Positions 57,711 through 64,000 of a stretch of 64,000 nucleotides of DNA are shown one piece after another. Within the stretch, counting starts at the first letter, position 1. The number at the start of each line of letters is the position of its first letter. The position numbers were made by a program, and so were the translations under genes. A model generated the notes under the pieces. The model saw only the letters and a program-made list of their open reading frames with translations. It was not told the origin of the DNA and made no database searches. This DNA is from a virus, in IMG/VR virus record IMGVR_UViG_3300032315_000747, positions 1 to 64,000 of that record. One strand, 5' to 3'.

Positions 57711-57929
57711 TTACTTGCGCCTGACAATCCGCCCTTTAGAAAGATCATACGGACTCATTTCTATGTCGACCTGATCTCCCATGAGAATGCGTATCTCGTG
57801 TTGTCTCATCTTGCCTGAAGCATAGCTCAGTATAGTCAGGTCTGTGTCGGATAATTTTACTTTGAAGGTAGCATTCGGCAATACATCAATAACCTGACCT
57901 TCTGCCTTAATTATATCGTTCTTACTCAT
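57711..57929 (-). CDS. infA: Translation initiation factor IF-1
   Basis: MSK.D.I..EG.V...[33 protein letters not shown]. Confidence 0.93.
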   Translation of the reverse strand: MSKNDIIKAEGQVIDVLPNATFKVKLSDTDLTILSYASGKMRQHEIRILMGDQVDIEMSPYDLSKGRIVRRK

Positions 57930-57952
57930 AGTGTTAGATTTACTTTTGTCCT

Positions 57953-58411
57953 TTACTTTTTCAATGTTGACCAAATTCGTTCTTTTTCGAGAATATTCTT
58001 TTCTAATTCTCTATAGCGATCGGCTAGTTCTTTTAGTTCTTCCCACCTGTCTTCTAGTTCAACATTTGGATGTAGGATTGCCAAACGCTGCTCGATAGTA
58101 TCTAGGAGTTTTCCGATATTCTTTCCGCCAACGGTAAGTTCGCCGGTTACCACTACATTGCCGTTCGGCCCACTGCTGATGACAGGAGTTCCAAGACTAG
58201 TTGAAATAGTATAAGGTGCTGGTGCAGCACTAATAGTGTTATTAACAAATAATCCTGATTGATTAAGAGTACCTACATAATTTCCTCCTGTTAAGATCGA
58301 ACTTCTAATCGCGCAGTCGACCGCAGAAATCTGTGGTAAGGAAGGATCAACATCGGTTATTTCGATTGTGTCTCTGATACCAGGAGCAACACAGATGTCG
58401 TCTTCGTTCAT
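57953..58411 (-). CDS. Hypothetical phage protein
   Basis: [18 protein letters not shown] motif. Confidence 0.7.
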   Translation of the reverse strand: MNEDDICVAPGIRDTIEITDVDPSLPQISAVDCAIRSSILTGGNYVGTLNQSGLFVNNTISAAPAPYTISTSLGTPVISSGPNGNVVVTGELTVGGKNIGKLLDTIEQRLAILHPNVELEDRWEELKELADRYRELEKNILEKERIWSTLKK

Positions 58412-58593
58412 TTGTTCGTTTTCCTTAAAAAAAGTTGGTTGTTCTCGTCAACCCCGATATCTACATTATCACCTTCTTTCCATCCCAATTGTTCTAGGAC
58501 AGTAATAGGAATAGGTATGATCATATCACCCGATTCATCTTCTTGGGTAATAACTTCATACCGTGTATTGTCTCGTCCGGGTGTATTTGACAT
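58408..58593 (-). CDS. AbrB/MazE-like swapped-hairpin protein
   Basis: MIIPIP..VLEQLGWKEGD.V. Confidence 0.75.
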   Translation of the reverse strand: MSNTPGRDNTRYEVITQEDESGDMIIPIPITVLEQLGWKEGDNVDIGVDENNQLFLRKTNK

Positions 58594-58691
58594 TATGTGG
58601 CGCGGACCGAATGGCGCATTAGTTCGTTGGTCCCGTAGATTTCTACAGTAGTCATATCAATATTTATTGAAGGTTAGAGTGCAGTACATTT

Positions 58692-59744
58692 TTACCACAT
58701 TCTGCAGGACCAGTAGCGAGCCTTCCACTTAGGTCCTGGATTCTCGCAGTTGTGTCTAGCCCTAAACGATTTGCGTCGAGCAGGATTAGACTTCTTGATT
58801 CGCATTGTTTTATCGCCGAAGTTTACTTTTACGACCTTGCCATCTGGTTTCTTCACGTATACTTTGCTTTTGGCGACATCGCCTTGCATGGGCTTGTTTA
58901 ACGTAACCTTGCGGCCCTGATATTCTGCTTCGCCTAATGCAAGACTCTTGATTTTGGAAAGTTCGTCTTTTTCTGCACGGAACTCACTTACGTCAAACGG
59001 TTGGCTATTCCGAATAAGATCATCCATATGATCGATAATCTGTTCAAAGTCATCGTCTGGATGATATCCTCTATCGATCACTACGTCGTCATACATATCC
59101 TGAAGTCTGATGCGTGACTCTTCCCCAAAGTGACCCGAGAGACCATCATAAATTATTTGGAAGGGGTTATCGCCCTTTACGACCTTAGCAAAGATGTCAG
59201 AATCTTCTACTGATTCTCCTACGTTTCTTTTGATCGGGACCGTATCGGCGTCATCGTAATAGCCCTTTTCTAGGTCATCAATAACTTGACGAGTCCAAAT
59301 GCTGATATCGCTTGAACCGATTTCTTCTAGATCGTCAAGACCACTTGCTTGATCTTCAATCGCCGCCATGATTCTGACTGGACCGTACTTAGCAACAATA
59401 TCATGATGCTGATTAAGGATTCTATGACGGATTGAGTCTGCTACACCTTGGCTAGAACCTTCGCCTAATGTTTTAGATCCGGCAGAAGATGCATCAGAGT
59501 CTGCACCCATAACCATCATTTCTTCAGATTCAGTGAGCATACCGTTAAAGTCTAGAAACTCTAGTGCTGCTTCGTCAAGCTGAATGATAATGCCGTCCTC
59601 AGTTAGACCAACCACGCCGCTTTCAATAACAAAGTGTTCGTTAAGTTCCAAATCAAAACTGTCATGCAAACCCACAGTGTCATTTTCTTGGTGCTGGCTC
59701 TCAAGCTCTCTGAATAGCTTGTACAGGTCTCTGGGATCATTCAT
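58692..59744 (-). CDS. Modular virion-associated polyprotein-like protein
   Basis: Modules start after LTE/LGE/VGE/LGE; last module AEYQGRKVTLNKP...VKVNFGD...RRKSFRARHNC...YWSC; late motif at 59764. Confidence 0.75.
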   Translation of the reverse strand: MNDPRDLYKLFRELESQHQENDTVGLHDSFDLELNEHFVIESGVVGLTEDGIIIQLDEAALEFLDFNGMLTESEEMMVMGADSDASSAGSKTLGEGSSQGVADSIRHRILNQHHDIVAKYGPVRIMAAIEDQASGLDDLEEIGSSDISIWTRQVIDDLEKGYYDDADTVPIKRNVGESVEDSDIFAKVVKGDNPFQIIYDGLSGHFGEESRIRLQDMYDDVVIDRGYHPDDDFEQIIDHMDDLIRNSQPFDVSEFRAEKDELSKIKSLALGEAEYQGRKVTLNKPMQGDVAKSKVYVKKPDGKVVKVNFGDKTMRIKKSNPARRKSFRARHNCENPGPKWKARYWSCRMW

Positions 59745-59771
59745 GTTACTATCTCCGTATAGTTATTTATC

Positions 59772-60029
59772 TTAAACCAGGCATTTCTTGATAGGTGTGT
59801 AGTCTCGGTACATCACCGGTGTTCTATCCGGAATGATTTGAGATGTACTGCGGATGTCATCACCATATTTGAGTAGTAAGTATGAAATGACACCTTCATC
59901 TTCTTTGAAATCCAAAATCAAATGATTGGTAAACTTGATGACTGCTAAAATCTTTCGCTTAAGATTCACATCCTTCAATATGTCATCAAAATTATTAGAT
60001 TCTCTATGTATAAAAATATGTATCATCAC
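59772..60029 (-). CDS. Hypothetical protein
   Basis: ORF in the minus-strand operon. Confidence 0.55.
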   Translation of the reverse strand: MMIHIFIHRESNNFDDILKDVNLKRKILAVIKFTNHLILDFKEDEGVISYLLLKYGDDIRSTSQIIPDRTPVMYRDYTPIKKCLV

Positions 60030-60226
60030 TTATTCCAAAACAAAAATGCTACGAGGTCACGATCGGACTCAAAGAAAAACTCATACCCGCCCCATTGATT
60101 ATTCACATCTTCCATATAACGCCAATCAGAGGTGCAATTGCGATCACACCACTCAACTATTTTCTGTAGTTCCCCGTATGGAACTTCTATATTGGCTCTA
60201 TGTGCAGTTGGAATGTTGATGGACAT
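60026..60226 (-). CDS. Hypothetical protein
   Basis: Start ATG 60226 with GGAGG RBS; EWC...W...FFFE..RD..F motif. Confidence 0.65.
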   Translation of the reverse strand: MSINIPTAHRANIEVPYGELQKIVEWCDRNCTSDWRYMEDVNNQWGGYEFFFESDRDLVAFLFWNK

Positions 60227-60722
60227 CAAGCCCTCCTTGAGTAAGAAACTTGACTCCGCGGTCGTCCCTGTACGTTTCTTTATAATATACAGTAGAGATA
60301 CCGGCTTGGTAAATCGCTTTAGCACAATCCATGCATGGAGCATGGGTACAAAACAATGTTGCTCCTGTCGAGGATTCCGTGGATTGCGCAACCTTCATTA
60401 ATGCATTCATTTCAGCGTGTAGTGTTTCGGGTTTTGTGACCCATCGGTATCTACCCTCTTCGTCTTCTAACGGATACATTTCATCAAACGGAGTGAACGT
60501 CATTGGATCAATTCCAGTCCAATAAGGTTTCTTATATTCCTTATATTCACATGTGTTTGGCCATCCCGCAGGCATACCATTCCATCCATAAGACAATATA
60601 GTATTTTCTTTAACAATCACGCTACCAACTTGAAGTCTTTTAGCGTGTGACATTTGGCTTATTCTTTCAGCAATATCCATATAAAGGGATATGTATTTGG
60701 GTTCCATTTTTAAATCTTTCAT
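60198..60722 (-). CDS. dCMP deaminase
   Basis: RLQVG, GWNG, HAEMNA, PCMDC. Confidence 0.92.
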   Translation of the reverse strand: MKDLKMEPKYISLYMDIAERISQMSHAKRLQVGSVIVKENTILSYGWNGMPAGWPNTCEYKEYKKPYWTGIDPMTFTPFDEMYPLEDEEGRYRWVTKPETLHAEMNALMKVAQSTESSTGATLFCTHAPCMDCAKAIYQAGISTVYYKETYRDDRGVKFLTQGGLDVHQHSNCT

Positions 60723-60739
60723 CGTGATTTATAAGTAAC

Positions 60740-61276
60740 CTAATCCCAGAGTGAGCGGAAATATTTACCGAACAGGTCTAACCCTTCTTGGATTCGCTCC
60801 TCATGCAGTTGATGTCCGACGGAATCATACCAGTGTTCATCGGGATTATGGTCAACCATCTGGTAGGTGCCTTCCATCTTTCCTGTTACAGGATTTGGAT
60901 ACTGCTTGTCTGTCTTCTTCCAGCTAATATCCATCTTACCGTGATGATACTTGCTGTCATAGTCACCCAATGCAATCTGCTGAAAAGACCAAATCATCTT
61001 GTCAAGCGTGTCGTCCCATTCATCGCATCCTTTTTCGAACACTTCATCCTTATCTTCTTTCATGAAGTCAAACGTAGCTTGATTATTATAATCTTCTGCG
61101 CTATCATTCACAAAATCTCCGGGTACGCCCATCTTAGACTGTTTGAGTTGAATGAGTGCAGGCAAAATGATCAACGACAACGTGTTATCTAAAGACCAAG
61201 TATCGAACTTTTCGATCTTGACGTTGATCTTTCTGTTGCCGGTACCTGATGGAAATCTTCCTATATTAACTTTCAT
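60740..61276 (-). CDS. Hypothetical phage protein
   Basis: Start ATG 61276; DTWSLD.TL..II.P.L, W...LDKMIWSF, GLDLFGKYFRSLWD. Confidence 0.8.
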   Translation of the reverse strand: MKVNIGRFPSGTGNRKINVKIEKFDTWSLDNTLSLIILPALIQLKQSKMGVPGDFVNDSAEDYNNQATFDFMKEDKDEVFEKGCDEWDDTLDKMIWSFQQIALGDYDSKYHHGKMDISWKKTDKQYPNPVTGKMEGTYQMVDHNPDEHWYDSVGHQLHEERIQEGLDLFGKYFRSLWD

Positions 61277-61277
61277 C

Positions 61278-61538
61278 TCACGTTTCTCTACGCTCGTACA
61301 CATATGAGAAGTCGCAGCCATATGCTGGACATACCATAATCTTTTCTGGCATGTTGTTATCGTCTTTAGTGCCGCTTTCCCCGCAGATAAAATACGAGTC
61401 GGGGAACGTGTCAGGGTACGTAGCACGAACAATTCTCATTGCTGCTTCATACCCCTTCTGAAATCGTTCAACGTCTTCACGGAGCTTCCTAAGCTCTCCT
61501 ACGTGTGCTTCATGTTCAAGATTCATTTTCTTCAACAT
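61278..61538 (-). CDS. Hypothetical protein
   Basis: YFICG...PEKIMVCPAYG.D motif. Confidence 0.65.
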   Translation of the reverse strand: MLKKMNLEHEAHVGELRKLREDVERFQKGYEAAMRIVRATYPDTFPDSYFICGESGTKDDNNMPEKIMVCPAYGCDFSYVYERRET

Positions 61539-61570
61539 ATCTTTCTACTATAGCAAATTATATCGGATGC

Positions 61571-61933
61571 TCAACGCCTCATCCTTGCGATTTCTTCCGC
61601 ATTCTGCTTATTAAACACAGGCACCAAACAACTTTTATGCATTACGGAAATTCCCAAAAGATTGTCACCTGTATACTTGTTCTCTTCCTTCTTGAACCCG
61701 TTACCAACTAGGTTAGAAGTGGGAACAGCACAACGAGACTCGTATGTAAATTTACTTTCTTCTACGTCACGCTTCTTTGACTTCTTGGCTTTGAGTTGAT
61801 CAGGATGCAATCCTTGCCTAGACAACCAAGCTTCATGCTCTGCCTTAGCCCTAAGTTGGGGAGCAGTCAGTTTCTTCTTGATCTTCCCGTGGTTAACTGT
61901 GCTAACAAAAATAGGAGCCAGATGCATGGTCAT
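61571..61933 (-). CDS. Hypothetical phage protein
   Basis: YTG..LLGI..MHKS.LVPV...IARMRR motif. Confidence 0.8.
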   Translation of the reverse strand: MTMHLAPIFVSTVNHGKIKKKLTAPQLRAKAEHEAWLSRQGLHPDQLKAKKSKKRDVEESKFTYESRCAVPTSNLVGNGFKKEENKYTGDNLLGISVMHKSCLVPVFNKQNAEEIARMRR

Positions 61934-62268
61934 CGATTCGTCTCACCTGTCTTGATCTGTTCCGCTATATCGTTGTCAACATAGATCCAATCACGGATCC
62001 TACCACTAGTCAGACTGACTTGCTCGTCGATCCAACGCAATGCATTATTGTAGTCGTGTGAATAAAATGGTGCTTTGCCTTGCCAGATCAACTTACCGTA
62101 GATAGTTTCTTTAGTATAATCCACATATATTTCATGCTTTTGAGGATCATAGATTCCGGTCCAGGCGCCGTTAATCACTTCGAACGTAATCCGGCCGTCC
62201 GGTAACACGCTATTTTGTTCGCACCAAAGTGATGCACTACCGTCTTTACTTGCGATTGCAAACTGCAT
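61930..62268 (-). CDS. Hypothetical protein
   Basis: FEVINGAW.G motif. Confidence 0.65.
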   Translation of the reverse strand: MQFAIASKDGSASLWCEQNSVLPDGRITFEVINGAWTGIYDPQKHEIYVDYTKETIYGKLIWQGKAPFYSHDYNNALRWIDEQVSLTSGRIRDWIYVDNDIAEQIKTGETNR

Positions 62269-62269
62269 T

Positions 62270-62728
62270 TTATACCACCATTATTTTGTTGAAACCTTCT
62301 TTCTTAGAAGGCATAGAAAAGTTATTGATCATTTGCTTCATGACATGATCGGGAATGTTCTTGCCAGGGCGGTTCGCAAGCCTCTTAGCAAGTTCTTCTG
62401 GTTCCGGAGTCTCGAACACGACTGCGATAGCTTCGTATCCCTTGAGCATATTCAACTTGCGGGCGCGAGCAGCACGAGAAGTCGAAGTCTGGTCCCACAC
62501 GATATCCTTACCTGCATTACGGGCCTCGATAACCTCTTTGGTCATCAAGTTGATGGCAGTTGGCATGTAGCCTTCAAACACCTCCGAATAGGTCTTACCG
62601 ACAGACTGAGCATATTCGTCTACGAATTTATCCGTAGAGATGAATGCCGTGTTCGTCCATTCTTGTTTAGCTACCCAGGTGCTTTTACCGGATCCCGGAA
62701 CACCAACAAGGACATACAACTTCGGCAT
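62270..62728 (-). CDS. P-loop kinase (AAA_33/polynucleotide-kinase-like)
   Basis: GVPGSGKST, ISTD, WDQT, R..R, IP..V, EGF. Confidence 0.88.
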   Translation of the reverse strand: MPKLYVLVGVPGSGKSTWVAKQEWTNTAFISTDKFVDEYAQSVGKTYSEVFEGYMPTAINLMTKEVIEARNAGKDIVWDQTSTSRAARARKLNMLKGYEAIAVVFETPEPEELAKRLANRPGKNIPDHVMKQMINNFSMPSKKEGFNKIMVV

Positions 62729-63120
62729 CACTTGACTCCTTCGATGTGCTTGCACGTTTTCCTAAAACCGAAGCCCTTGCAAGTGCAAGAGGACCTGAGA
62801 CCATCTTTGATGACAGTGTACATATCACCCTTAGAGCCTTGGACCACAACAGTCTTAGGAGCAGACACGACAGGGGGAACATAGTCAGACACGACACCGT
62901 CGATCTCGACGATATTTTCCATACGGATCACACGAAAAGGAAAATATTTATCCTGAGTCGTCAGTCCGATCTCATTCGTACCAAACCACTTCTGGCGCAT
63001 GATAATACCGGAATAGAGGTTGAACTCATGGATGACACCTGATGCGTAACGGTCTCTCGTGCCCCACAACGGACTACGAACTTTGAGAGTGACAACGTTA
63101 CCTTCAATCAGCTTGTTCAC
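62728..63120 (-). CDS. SWIM zinc-finger protein
   Basis: GSKG..Y.V...CTCKGF.FR..CKH. Confidence 0.85.
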   Translation of the reverse strand: MNKLIEGNVVTLKVRSPLWGTRDRYASGVIHEFNLYSGIIMRQKWFGTNEIGLTTQDKYFPFRVIRMENIVEIDGVVSDYVPPVVSAPKTVVVQGSKGDMYTVIKDGLRSSCTCKGFGFRKTCKHIEGVK

Positions 63121-63178
63121 GAAAAATCCCTAATTCAGACTATAATTAAATATAGCACTGAAAACGTACAATGTCAAG

Positions 63179-63436
63179 TTAATTTTTAGAAGTGTCCGCT
63201 GATTTGAACAAGATAGTACATAAAACTAGCAGGCCCCAGGCCTGAATCCAGCTGATAGGCTTAACAACTGCGAGAGCAGGAACCAAACAGAGATTCCAAA
63301 GCCACATGATCGGAAGGCTGACGAGCAATCCAAAAAGTACAGGAGTGAAGATTTCTTTTGCGATTGCTCTAATTATAGCACGGACGTTTTCTATTTTTTT
63401 TTCTTTGGACGTTTTTTCATACATCAGATATTGCAT
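63179..63436 (-). CDS. Small membrane protein
   Basis: IMWLWN...ISWIQAWGL. Confidence 0.7.
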   Translation of the reverse strand: MQYLMYEKTSKEKKIENVRAIIRAIAKEIFTPVLFGLLVSLPIMWLWNLCLVPALAVVKPISWIQAWGLLVLCTILFKSADTSKN

Positions 63437-63622
63437 AACTAGCTCTTACTTAGTTCGAGACAAAAGCATCTGGCAAGCAGTGTTCTCATCTGGCCAAAAA
63501 TGCTGACACTCATTATTCTTTTCCCACTTGATAAATTCAGCAAGAACATCCCCGATAGTCTTATTGCGTTCTTTCGCCATCTTCTGGACGATGCGCAGGG
63601 CGTGATCATTGTCGGTCACCAT

Positions 63623-63910
63623 TTAACTGTCTTTACCGTAGTTCAAGATATATTCCTTAGCCTTTTCCTTGCTGACATATTCGCCGTCCCAATCAAGATA
63701 GATTTGATCAGCATTAACAGCGTCAATGATTTGAAGAATAAGCTGCTTCTGCCTATCAGTATCACGCCTTGCCATTGCAGACATTGACACGGGTTCATCA
63801 AAATACTGCTTCGCTAATTCATGAGCAGGACTACCCTCGTTAAAGTCCCAGCCCTTAAGGCTGCCCCACTTCAAGCTAAGATGTTCCTTGTTATCAACAG
63901 AGGTATTCAT
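63623..63910 (-). CDS. Hypothetical protein
   Basis: LKWGSLKGW...IYLDWDG...KEKAKEY. Confidence 0.7.
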   Translation of the reverse strand: MNTSVDNKEHLSLKWGSLKGWDFNEGSPAHELAKQYFDEPVSMSAMARRDTDRQKQLILQIIDAVNADQIYLDWDGEYVSKEKAKEYILNYGKDS

Positions 63911-63912
63911 AA

Positions 63913-64000
63913 TTACATGCTCCAGTAGGATTCAGAGTCGGGGCGGCAGCTCCAAGGCGTATCGGCAGCAATCTCTACATCCTTGCCGCTCATCATGTTC
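63913..64000 (-). CDS. C-terminal end of a small phage protein, truncated by the window edge
   Basis: NMMSGKDVEIAADTPWSCRPDSESYWSM then TAA. Confidence 0.6.
   Translation of the reverse strand, partial: NMMSGKDVEIAADTPWSCRPDSESYWSM

Noticed and set aside
58408-58593. Toxin-antitoxin pair based on the AbrB/MazE-like gene
   Set aside because: Neighbouring genes show no MazF, PIN or other toxin motifs
1-64000. Bacterial chromosome origin or stop-codon reassignment
   Set aside because: Host-like genes are scattered among T4-like replication, fibre and small hypothetical genes, and known genes are full length in the standard code with TAA, TGA and TAG all used as stops

Overview
The window is a 64 kb slice of a large T4-like/jumbo myophage genome (about 40% GC by eye, standard code, dense genes). 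No tRNA, rRNA, CRISPR array or integrase was seen. An alphaproteobacterial host is plausible but inferred. Layout: (1) 1-11.4 kb, late-promoter genes that mostly start with a capsid-targeting-like leader (MRAxEF[L/I]xE or MK/RxxxL[L/I]E); several look like modular polyproteins joined at [L/I/V]xE sites, and the block also has Dps, a GH19 lysozyme, a ParB-like protein, a zincin and a beta-barrel OMP. (2) 11.4-15.6 kb, DsbA-like protein, family B DNA polymerase and sliding clamp. (3) 15.6-26.7 kb, a 7-deazaguanine cluster (TGT/DpdA-like, DpdL-like LxxxHRHxF, FolE, QueD, QueE, no QueC in the window) interleaved with two glycosyltransferases, a cytidylyltransferase-cupin, an epimerase, GMP reductase, a purine PRTase and an MBD4-like glycosylase. 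(4) 26.7-38 kb, GP88-like, UvsE, HNH, RNase H, ligase and small ORFs. (5) 38-45.5 kb, ClpX, Hsp20, ClpS, ClpP. (6) 45.5-50.5 kb, small genes behind repeated promoter cassettes and a high-GC island. (7) 50.6-64 kb on the minus strand, fibre proteins, ErpA, GNAT/kinase, SOD, IF-1 and dCMP deaminase. Best candidates for new biology: the deazaguanine-plus-glycosylation/salvage cluster, the set of leader-tagged protease-processed cargo proteins, and structured RNA leaders before queD and folE. All functional calls come from motif recognition by eye; no database search was run.
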